A stretch of 64,000 bases of DNA from Eledone cirrhosa (taxonomy: Eukaryota), in NCBI GenBank assembly GCA_964016885.1, contig OZ024741.1:97588001-97652000 (forward strand), given 5' to 3'. Below are positions 54,842-64,000 of the stretch, piece by piece. The position numbers and the translations under genes were made by a program. Each line of letters starts with the position of its first letter. Within the stretch, counting starts at the first letter, position 1. The notes beneath the pieces were generated by a model. The model was given only the letters and a program-made list of their open reading frames with translations. It was not told where the DNA came from and did no database searches.

Positions 54842-57800
54842 CTACAGGCGCATGATCAGAGTAGGCCCACTCACGCGGGCCATTCTCGCCACATTCACCC
54901 ACCTTTCAGTAAATGTACTGGGGGGAAGCACTTCTCTCTCCACCCTCACCTTCCTTTCCAAGTGAAACTTGAAGAAGTTGATGAGGGATTGGCCGAAGAG
55001 AAAAGTGTCTGTCTTCAGTCCTTTCAACCTGGTCCACCATGCAACCTCTTTCGCTACTGCCACCAGGCAGAGGAAAATTGCCTGCCCTTCCTGACCAAAA
55101 GAAGGCGGCGGGTCAATCTTCACTATGGACTCGGACGATAGCCGGATCCGTTCTACACGCGACAATAGCTGTTCGACATAACCCCACAAGTCAGCAATGC
55201 ACGGACACTGGACGAGTGCGTGCAGAACGGTTTCGTCGCTCTGCGCGCATCTCGGGCAGGTTCGTCTGACAGCACTTCCGTGCCTGTAGAGTTTATCCCG
55301 AACCGGCAGCGCCCCCCGGTAGCACTGCCAAGCGAGGGATTTCTGGAAGTTATCCATCGTCCCCGGCTCGAAAGTCCTCCGGAACATACTGGTCAGTTCT
55401 ACTTCGTTGACGCCTAGAGCCTCTCCTAGTACGTCATCGTGCTTGCCCTCCACTAATCCTCTATAGAAATCTTGAGTGGAAGTTCCACTGACCGCATTGC
55501 CCACCTTGCAGAGTGCAGTGAGCGCCTGGCAACATTCCAGATGCCAGTCGCCCAGTCTCGGTCTCTTCTTGACCCAGGACTGCAGCTCAGTCAAAGAGAT
55601 GAGCTGCGGAAAGGCCCGTCTAACAAACGGCGACCACACCTGTTCACCGTTTAGGCAAAATATCTGGAGATGTCGCAGCCTCAGCGCATGTCTGCGCATC
55701 ATTAGCCACGGCATGCCCAGCCCTCCACGAAGAGGGTGCTGGCAGCAGATGGACCGCCTCACCAACGGGACGCGTCCCCTCCACAAAAATTTGAAAAGGA
55801 GCCGTTCCAAATTGGCGAGGCGTGGACGGGGGCAAGGCACGAGGGTCAGGCGGTAGTAGATGACGGACGCGATGTACGCGTTCGCCACCTCCGCCCGCCC
55901 TTTCAGTGATAGCTTTCTCTCAGCCCATTTCTGGGTGAGGTTGGCTATCTTGCTCGTCACCTCGTCCCAATTCTTATCCACCTGGAGGTCTGGTCCGAAC
56001 CAAACCCCGAGCAACTTTACCGGTCCGTCTGTCCAGCGCCCAACGACGCTGTTGGACGGCATGGACTTGCCTCTCCAGTTGCCGAGCTGCAAGCCCACCG
56101 ACTTTTCCGGGTTAAGTTTTGCTCCCGTCAACCTTTCATATTCCTCCAAATGGGTGCGGATCACTTCGATTTCCGAGGTGTCCGACACCATCACGGTGAT
56201 GTCGTCCGCATAAGCGGACGCAGCCTTTCTACGTCCCGGTTCGAGCGGGATGCCCTGCAACAACTCCAGCTTCCGCAGTAGAGGCTCAAGAGTCAATACG
56301 TACAGAAGTGAGGAGAGAGGGCACCCTTGACGGACCGATCGAGAGATCTGAAACGGTTCCGAGAGGTGGCCATTAACTTTGACCACCGAGCAGATGCCGC
56401 TGTACATTGCAGCGATCCAGCTTCTGAAGACGGGGCCGAAGCCAGCCGCCTCGAGGACAGCCTCCAAGTACCGATGGTCGACTCTATCGAATGCTTTCGA
56501 TTGATCGAAATTGATCAGAGGCCCACCGAAGCCAGGTTTGCACCCAACCCTCTCTATGATGTATCGCATGAGGTGGAGGTTGTCGTGTATGGACCTGGTC
56601 GGGATTGCGCAAGTTTGCGCCTCCCCAACCAAATCTTTGACGACAAGCGCCAACCTTTTCGCTAACACCTTGGCCAAAATCTTAAACTCTGTGTTGAGCA
56701 GGGTTATGGGCCTGAAATTATCTAGTGTGTCCCTCTTGTTCTCGTCTTTCCTTATCAGCGTCACTACGCCACGGCTCACAGAACTGGGAATGCTCCCGTT
56801 CTGCTGCCAGTTGCAGTAGAGCGCTTCGAGGAGATCGGAGAACAAGTCTGGCATATTTACGTAAAGCTCGTAGGGCAGACCATCCAAACCGGGTGACTTG
56901 CGACTCGAGCAGCCGACAAGGGCGTCCTGATTTTCGACTGATGTTATCGGCTCTTCGCAGCGCTCAGCGTCGGCCGTCGAGAGGCGTGGCAAGCCGTCGA
57001 GGTAGGGACTGAAGTCCGCCGCCGTCTCCGACTCACCCATCCTCCCGAACAATCGAGCAAAGTGCTGGCGAAAGGCCTCACACATCTGCTTGGAATCGCT
57101 CAGTTCGTGTCCATCTCGATCCGTCAAAGACCGAATTGTGGTTTTATTTCCACGCTGCGTCTCTGCAAAGCGAGCCCATCGGGCAGCTTTGGTTCCCTCG
57201 TTCCTCAGAGCACGCGCCTTAGCTCTGACAATGCAACCTTCGTGTTTCGCATTGAAGAAATGGTCTATTGCCATTCTCGCCGCTAGCACGTCTGTTGCAA
57301 TGCCACTACAAATAGCCTCGTCTAACTTAGCTATCAGCCCCTCCTCCTTTCTATATTTCTCTATTGCTACTTCTTTGCTAAATCCTATCGAGGTTGCTCT
57401 AATCTCTCTTTTGAGAGCCCCCCACCACCTGTTGTTGACAACCCCCCCTGTCAACTTTTGCTTAACTAAGTTGTTGACCCGGTCCCTGTAAGCTTTACGT
57501 GCCGGAAACGACATGTTTAGCTTCCAGTAGCTAGGTCCTAACCTACGTGTCTTATCTAGGTCGACCATACAGATCACAAGCTTGTGATCTGAATAGGCAA
57601 CCGTTTTGAAATGTGGACATCCTACACTATTTCTATCTCTTTTCCTAATGAAAATCCTATCTATGTACGATCTAGATGACCCTATGCGATTGGTCCAGGT
57701 CCATACTGGCGCATTAGGGAAATCTAGTCGGTACCTGTCAGACAGTTGAAACTGGCTGATCAGGTACTTGAGGCTTTTGCACCCCCCGCTCCTATCAGAT

Positions 57801-58261
57801 ACTCCCACACAATCCCAGCGTGCTTCTAAGATGCCATTCCAATCCCCTATTAACAGTAAAGGGCGAGACGTAAGCAGAAAGTTTTCCGGGCGCCTAAAGA
57901 AGTCCGGCCGACCGGCCCCAGTAGGGGCGTAGACGGCCACCAGTCTAAAGGCACCACCTTCGCTATTGCTCACGTCCAGGACCACCAACTTTCCGTCAGG
58001 ATCCCGGAAGATTGACCTTACCTCGAGATCCAGACGTTTCCTAAACAGCACAGCCACTCCGCCTCCCATTCCCGGCCGACTAACAGATGCAAAGATCTGA
58101 TAACCGTCGAAAATCGGCGCCAGTGCGCGTGTGTCGGAAATTCTGGTCTCGCTGATGGCAATTACATCCATTCCTAGTGACCTGAGGTCGTTGAGCAAGT
58201 GACCTTGCTTCCAGGGCGACCCCAGGCCACGAACATTTAAACTTCCTACTCTTATGGCCAT
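54842..58261 (-). CDS. Tx1 ORF2: AP endonuclease, reverse transcriptase and C-terminal zinc finger (1139 aa, uninterrupted)
   Basis: SLNVRGL, ISET, IGDWN, SYIDRIF, SDH (APE); KSPGLDG, FRPITLLN, DQSKAFDRV, VRQGCPLS, AYADD (RT); CPRC..ETVLHALVQC. Confidence 0.97.
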   Translation of the reverse strand: MAIRVGSLNVRGLGSPWKQGHLLNDLRSLGMDVIAISETRISDTRALAPIFDGYQIFASVSRPGMGGGVAVLFRKRLDLEVRSIFRDPDGKLVVLDVSNSEGGAFRLVAVYAPTGAGRPDFFRRPENFLLTSRPLLLIGDWNGILEARWDCVGVSDRSGGCKSLKYLISQFQLSDRYRLDFPNAPVWTWTNRIGSSRSYIDRIFIRKRDRNSVGCPHFKTVAYSDHKLVICMVDLDKTRRLGPSYWKLNMSFPARKAYRDRVNNLVKQKLTGGVVNNRWWGALKREIRATSIGFSKEVAIEKYRKEEGLIAKLDEAICSGIATDVLAARMAIDHFFNAKHEGCIVRAKARALRNEGTKAARWARFAETQRGNKTTIRSLTDRDGHELSDSKQMCEAFRQHFARLFGRMGESETAADFSPYLDGLPRLSTADAERCEEPITSVENQDALVGCSSRKSPGLDGLPYELYVNMPDLFSDLLEALYCNWQQNGSIPSSVSRGVVTLIRKDENKRDTLDNFRPITLLNTEFKILAKVLAKRLALVVKDLVGEAQTCAIPTRSIHDNLHLMRYIIERVGCKPGFGGPLINFDQSKAFDRVDHRYLEAVLEAAGFGPVFRSWIAAMYSGICSVVKVNGHLSEPFQISRSVRQGCPLSSLLYVLTLEPLLRKLELLQGIPLEPGRRKAASAYADDITVMVSDTSEIEVIRTHLEEYERLTGAKLNPEKSVGLQLGNWRGKSMPSNSVVGRWTDGPVKLLGVWFGPDLQVDKNWDEVTSKIANLTQKWAERKLSLKGRAEVANAYIASVIYYRLTLVPCPRPRLANLERLLFKFLWRGRVPLVRRSICCQHPLRGGLGMPWLMMRRHALRLRHLQIFCLNGEQVWSPFVRRAFPQLISLTELQSWVKKRPRLGDWHLECCQALTALCKVGNAVSGTSTQDFYRGLVEGKHDDVLGEALGVNEVELTSMFRRTFEPGTMDNFQKSLAWQCYRGALPVRDKLYRHGSAVRRTCPRCAQSDETVLHALVQCPCIADLWGYVEQLLSRVERIRLSSESIVKIDPPPSFGQEGQAIFLCLVAVAKEVAWWTRLKGLKTDTFLFGQSLINFFKFHLERKVRVEREVLPPSTFTERWVNVARMARVSGPTLIMRL

Positions 58262-58290
58262 GCTGGCAGGATGAATGGGAGAGGAAAGGT

Positions 58291-60208
58291 TTACTTACCT
58301 TCCGGGGTCTTGTGAAGGTCGGGTGGTTCGACCTCCATGGTTTGTGGGGTTTCTTTTGGGAACCCCTTTAATAGTCTTGAAGTGGGTTTTACTTTCGGGG
58401 TTCCCACATCCCGAGGAAAGCTCTTTCGAATTTCTTTGTATGAAGCGAGCGACATTCGCATCAGAAGCAAATTATCTGGTACGCGAAATGTGCTCGCTTC
58501 AAATGTTTCCCCCTCTTTTTCGATGTTTGTGCTTCGTGCTACATGGGCCATCAATTCCTTGTTGGCCCTTCTGGCAAGCACGAAGTTTTTAATGTTTTGT
58601 TGCTCGGGTTTTATTTGTTCGTGTGATTGTGGTGGTGATAGCTTTGTTAGTGTTGTTTCTATTGTGTCTGCGTTTGTTGTGGGTGGGGTGTCTGTAGTTT
58701 CTGATGTTTGTGTGTCTATTTGTTCTTGTGTCTGTTTAGCTTGTTTGCGTTTGGGGGATTTTGGTGGTTGTGTTGGTGATGCTGTGGGGAAAATGTTTGT
58801 GTGGGTGGTGTGTGTATTTTTTTTTGTGGGGGTGTTTGTGCTTTGTGGATTTCTTTTTTTATTGTGTTTTGTTTTTTGTATTTTGGGGGACTTTGGTTTT
58901 CCCTCATCTTCACTGCTGGAGGATGAGGGGTTTGTGGCTGTGAGCGTGTTTGTGTCTGAGTGAGTGTTTATGTTCTTGTTCGTGTGTGTATTTTTTTTTG
59001 GGGGGGGGGGGGGGAATGGGAGAGCTTTCCTCGTTTCCCCCCTGGGTGTGCAATTTTGGTGGTTCCATTGTTGACGGTGTTGCTGGTGGTCCTTGTCCCG
59101 GCGTCGCCAGCAGTGGAATCTTTCGACCCCTTGCGCTTTTCGCCAGTTGAGGGCAGAAGGCTCGCAAGTGTGTCGTTTCCCCACAAAGGAAACAATGCGG
59201 CCTTTTGCCCTCATTCATTATATGCAACACCCTCCCGTTTTGGAGGCGGATGTGGTCCGGGATTGCTTTTACGTTTTCGGGTCTGATTTGGAGCAGTATC
59301 TCCAGATCAACCCCGGACCAGTCGTCCCTGGCAGTTCTCGTTGCCTCTACCGGGACTGTATCCGTTCCTTCCACGATTACGCAACCCAGGAGCCACCACA
59401 TATCAAGTCCTGGTGGAATCCTGGGAATGCGCACACGTGCTATTCGTTTTCCCATGTGGGAGGGGTACATTATGACCTTGCTGGTTTTGCAAGGGGTCAT
59501 TGAATGCTTCACAGCGAGGGCTTCAGACTTGAACAGCACCGAAACGGTGCCGTATTTCCTGCCCCTCTCTATGAAGTCTGTGTCCTCTCTGATGTATTTC
59601 AGTGCGGCTTCTATATCAGCTTGGGCGATTATCGCTGCCCTCTTTGTCTCTACTGAGATGCATCTGAAATGCACCATTCTTTTTTCCACTGCCTCAATGG
59701 CTTCTGCCGGGACAGTTAAGTTTGCCCAGGTCTGCTCTTGATTTATGATTTTCCAGGCCTGGGCCAACTTTTCCTCTCTGTTGGTTAAGTCGATGCTGTA
59801 GCATGGTCTCCTTTTAGCCGCTGCCACAGCAGCGAAGGTGTTCTTGTTGGTGTTGTCACTGTTGTTGTTCTTGTTGGTGTTGCTGCTGCTATTGCTGTTG
59901 TTGTTCTCCCCTGTGTCGTGGTTACCCTCTGTGCTGTTGGCCTTGTTGGTGCTGCTGCTGTCGCTACTATTACTCTCTGTGCTGTTCGTTTTGTTGGTGC
60001 TCTCGATATTACCACCTTCTGCGCTGTTCGGCTTGTTGGTGTTGGCGTTGTCGCTGTTACCACCTTCCGCGCCGCTCGGCCCGTTGGTGCTGGCACTGTC
60101 GCTGCTCACACTCGTGCTGGTGGCGCTCCTCGCCCCACCTCTCCTCTCAACGCTCAAGTCGCCGTTGCACGACAGCAGACCCGCCTCTAGGGGGCGTGGC
60201 TCCGCCAT
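58291..60208 (-). CDS. Tx1 ORF1 (gag-like, zinc knuckle), split by one frameshift at a homopolymer (~58990-59015)
   Basis: CFLCGETTHLRAFC (CX2CX4HX4C). ORFs 58910-60208 and 58291-59214 overlap across a poly-C/poly-A tract, both reading PPPPPKK. Lies directly upstream of ORF2. Confidence 0.85.
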
Positions 60209-60521
60209 GTTTTTTGAGAAAAAAAATTATTATTTTTCCAAAATAAAGTTCAAATATTTGGGCCAAAAGGCCCAAATATTATGAGTTATTCCTTCACAGG
60301 ATACAAATGAATGTCTTATAATGCTTCAGCGGGACAAAAAAATAAACAATTCTCCACAATTAATCCTCAAAAAATTGCTTACTCACGGAGCTTCAAAAAA
60401 CGTACATCCACTTTCGTCAATAATAATAATAACGACAACAACAATGATAATATACATATTCATATATATATACACACACACGCACGCACATAAGCATATC
60501 TACACACACACACGATAGCAA

Positions 60522-61900
60522 CTAACAGTGCTGCGATCGAATGTGGATTTTTAGCCCAGCCAATGATCTAAAATGTCTTGCACAGAGTCGGCAACCAAAA
60601 CATTCACTGGGAATAGTCGGCTGTGGTTGGAGTTCGTGTACTTTTGCATGTCGCTTGAGCCCTCCTGCTGATTTACATTCTCTACCACATGTTTGGCAAG
60701 CATGATGAGTAGCATCTCCAACAGCAGCCTGGTAGTCAACCACTGGTCTTACTTTATGACTGCGAAGATGACTTTCGAGTCCAGCTTTGCTTAGGCAGAG
60801 TCTCGCACAGACGCTGCATGTCAGCACCATAGGAGGACCCTCGCCGTCTGGAAGTGCAACAGCAATGCCCTTCCTCACATCCCGTTTTACTTTCTCGTGT
60901 GCGATTCGAGATGCTTCAAAGGCAACTTTTCCCTCATATACAGTCTTTCTCCATTTATTACGATCAGCAGCAATATTTTCCCATGTATCAGCAGAGATGT
61001 TAGCGTCTTTCAGAGAGGCTTTCAAGGAATCCTTATACGTCTTTTTTGGTTTATATGGCGGTCGTTTTCCTTTAACCAACTCTCCATAAAAGAGTTGTTT
61101 AGGTATTCTAGAATCCTTCATCCTGGCAAGGTGACCACTCCAACGGAGTCGTTGCTTAAGCACAAGAGCTTCTATACTGTCACACATAGAGCTTTCCAAA
61201 ATCTCGACATCACTGATGTCGTCCCTCCAGTGAACGCCATGGATCCGTCTGAGACACATCTGATGGAAACGCTCCAATTGCTTAAGGTGGTGTCGATATG
61301 TGACCCAGGTCTCGCAGGCATAAGGAAGACAAGAGAGTACACATGCCCTGTACACCTTTACCTTTGTCCTCCTGCATATGTCTCGCCGACCCCAGAGTCG
61401 CCTTTCTAGCTTTCCGAAAGCATCACTTGCTTTACTAATACTAAGTGAGATTTCACTGTCAAGGTTACCGTATCGATTGACAGTGCTTCCCAGGTAGACA
61501 AACTGATCAACCACTCCAAGTCGTTTGCCATACACATAGATGTTTGGTTCAGTGTACTGCTTACCAGGGGCAGGTTGGTACATGACGACGGTTTTCTTGA
61601 GACTGACAGTCAAACCCAGGGCAGTGCAAGCGACAGAAAATGCATTCAAAATGTGCTGCATATCACTCTCTGTGTGCGCTACAAGATCCCAATCATCTGC
61701 ATACAAGAGGTCTCGTATGATTGATGTAAACAATTTTGTCTTCGCAGCAAAGCGCCTGATGTTAAATATGCTGCCTGAGGTTCGATATCGGATGTAAACA
61801 CCATGCTCGCAATTCCTGAATGCAATACAGAAAACCATTGCAAAGTATATGGCAAACAGGGTCGGTGCTGGAATATCCCACTGTTTCACTCCATTTAGAT
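60522..61900 (-). mobile_element. 5'-truncated RTE-clade LINE (RT C-half plus three C2H2 zinc fingers)
   Basis: NGVKQ..APTLF, LLYADD, FVYLGS, YACETW, RLRWSGHLARM, RIPKQLFYGEL; CSVC..HLRSH, CQTC..HAKVH, CRLC..HIRSQH. Confidence 0.92.
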
Positions 61901-62159
61901 AGAATCAAGATGACGGGGTTCGACTCATATTCAACAACTCCTCAGATATGCGAATTTATATGTTCGAAAACATATCTAGACTGTTCACAGAGGAGAGAAT
62001 GCATTTATATACATATATTAATGGCTTTTCAGGGTAGTGTGTGTGTGGGGGGGGGGGGAGTAGGTAAATGAATAACTGTAGATTTACTTTCAATGGTCAC
62101 AGAGTGGATAAAAGATAAAGAATAAAAGTATAATAATAATAACAATAAAAAGAATAATA

Positions 62160-63640
62160 ATTATTATTATTTCTTTATAGGACTCAAGGGCCAACACATA
62201 GAAGACAATACAATCGACAGGGACAGTGGTGTGTTAACAGAAAAATATAGTAAACAATATAAAATAAAACAATAACAGTCAACAAAAAAATGACAACCAG
62301 GAAAAATCCGCAATAGGAGAATAACCACCCAGGGGCATATATAACCGACCAATCCTGAGGCACCAGACGCGTCGAGGAGGACGGGAAGAGCACAGGTTCA
62401 CATATCAAATTAACCAGCGTACAGGTGCAAGCTCAGTGTAAGCGTATTCAAAAGGGACATTATCGCCATATTCACCCACCCTTTCACAAATGTACTTGCG
62501 GCAGCTCTTTCTCCACCCTCACTCTCCTTTCCAAGTGAAATTTGAAAAAATTCGATGGGGCATTGGCCGTAGAAAAAGTCCTTTCAACCTGGTCTACTAC
62601 GAAACCTCTTTCGCTACCGCCACCAGAGAGAGCAAAATTGCTTACCCTTCCCGGCCCCAAAAGACGATGCAGATATCTATACTAAGTACACGATTGATAG
62701 CCGGATCAATTCTACAAGTAACAACAGTTGTTGAACATAACTCCACAAGTCAGTAATGCACGGACACTGGACGAGTGCGTGTAGAAAAATTTCGTCGCTC
62801 TGCGCGCATCTCCAGCATGTCCGTCTGACAGCACTTCCCTGCTTGTAGAGTTTTTCTCGAATAGGCATTTCCCCTGGCAGCAATGCTAAGCGAGGGATTT
62901 CTGCCCTACCATCCCCGGTTCGAAAGTTCTCCGGAACAAACTGGTGAGATCGTCCTGGTCGACGACGAGAGCCTCCCCGAGTGCGTCGTAGCACTTTCCA
63001 AACACTAATCCTCTATAGAACTGGATGTTCCACAGACCACATTGCCCATCTCGTAGGTGGAAGCGCGTGCCCGGCAAAATTCCAGATGCCAGGCGCCCAG
63101 TGACGGTGTCTTCTTCAGCCAGGACTGCAGCTCAGTCAAAGAGAAGAGCTGCGGAAAGGGCTGCGTCACAAACGGAGACAACACCTGTTCACAGTTTAGG
63201 CAGAATATCTGGAGATGCCGAAGCTACAGTGCATGTTTGCGCATCATTGGCCAGGGCATACCCAGCGCTCCGCGTAGAGAGGGCTGGCAGATGGACCATG
63301 AACTGAATATGTTCCCTACACAAGATGTTGAAGTGCAGTCGATCCAATTTGGCGATGTGCGAAAGGGGGCAAGTCACGACGGTTAGATGGGAGTAGACGA
63401 CGGACGCGAACTTCCAGCCGGCATTTCAGGGACAACCTCTTCTCGGCCCAATTCTGGGTGAGAGTACCTAACCTGATCGTCACGTCATCCCAAATCTTTT
63501 CCACGTGATAGACCCTATCGAATGTTTTCCTTTGATATAAATTGGTCAGAGACCTACCGAAACCTACCCTCTCTATGATGCCTCGCATTATGTGTAAGTC
63601 TTCAAGCACTCACTGCCTTCAGCCAATACGGCAGTGCGAT
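62160..63640 (-). mobile_element. Degenerate, deleted Tx1 copy (ORF2 3' part and 3' UTR)
   Basis: Collinear similarity to 54590-56620 (KTFDRV, WAEKRLSLK, FYRGLV, CWRCAQSDEIFLHALVQCPC) with frameshifts and deletions. Confidence 0.9.
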
Positions 63641-63654
63641 CGGTGGAAAATCCG

Positions 63655-63990
63655 TCTTGGTTTTCTATAGAGGGTTAGTGACTTAGAAAAAATGTTCTTT
63701 GAAAGACGCTGGGCGTTGAAGAAAATCAATTAGCCACATATTCCAGATGTCGTATGGCCCAGGGCCCATGGATAATCTCCAGAAATCCCTGGCCTGGCAG
63801 TGATACCGAGGAGCTTTACCAGTTCCAAATAATGTCAACAATCATTGAAATGCCGTCAAAGCCAGGCCTATGCAAGGTGCGCGCAGGGCACATATCGCCA
63901 CTCCGTCTTAGTTCAGAGGAGAAGGACTGGCACGTTGTATATGCCTGGTGGAAGAAGAAAAAGAGTTGGTATAATTGACGTGTTTGAAAG
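63655..63990 (+). mobile_element. Degenerate Tx1 ORF2 fragment, opposite orientation
   Basis: Encodes FYRGLV and GPMDNLQKSLAWQ*YRGALPV, matching ORF2 MDNFQKSLAWQCYRGALPV. Confidence 0.8.
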
Positions 63991-64000
63991 GGTTGAAGAC

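Larger units (their letters stand above)
54589..60420 (-). mobile_element. Full-length Tx1/L1-clade non-LTR retrotransposon
   Basis: 5' UTR, ORF1, ORF2 and 3' UTR ending GGCCAATAAATGAAATC; (ATT)n-like sequence on both flanks. Confidence 0.92.

Noticed and set aside
55039-60284. Plus-strand ORFs antisense to the Tx1 (and RTE) ORFs
   Set aside because: Shadow frames of GC-richer coding sequence and low-complexity repeats; no motifs.
62160-63990. Twin-priming inversion of a single Tx1 insertion
   Set aside because: The + fragment covers the same ORF2 region as the - copy and is diverged from it, so two separate old copies are more likely.

Overview
AT-rich eukaryotic, non-genic (intergenic or intronic) DNA with many (TA)n/(CA)n/(GA)n microsatellites. 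The repeat content looks like a cephalopod (octopus-type) genome, which is an inference. Most listed ORFs are microsatellite artefacts. Real coding content is transposon-derived: a near-intact Tx1/L1-clade LINE (54.6-60.4 kb), RTE LINE pieces with C-terminal C2H2 fingers, three Penelope-like (PLE; RT/GIY-YIG, Naiad-like) relics, a DD37D/maT and a deleted mariner transposon, a likely piggyBac fossil, and a tRNA-derived SINE with a ~9-copy tandem array. Two systems stand out. (1) Several unrelated PLE-type families sit in (TA)n as asymmetric foldbacks: an inverted arm plus a ~70-95 nt unpaired tail. They carry type I hammerhead ribozyme motifs, including non-canonical cores (UUGAUAA in a ~320-bp retrozyme-like tandem array; CUGAGAA), and form ~125-205 bp mini-hairpin derivatives that turn around inside the ribozyme. 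(2) The SINE and the Tx1 LINE share a 3' stem-loop (loop CTTGT) and ATT-rich insertion sites, pointing to a SINE/Tx1 partnership. All structures were read by eye; no searches or folding programs were run.
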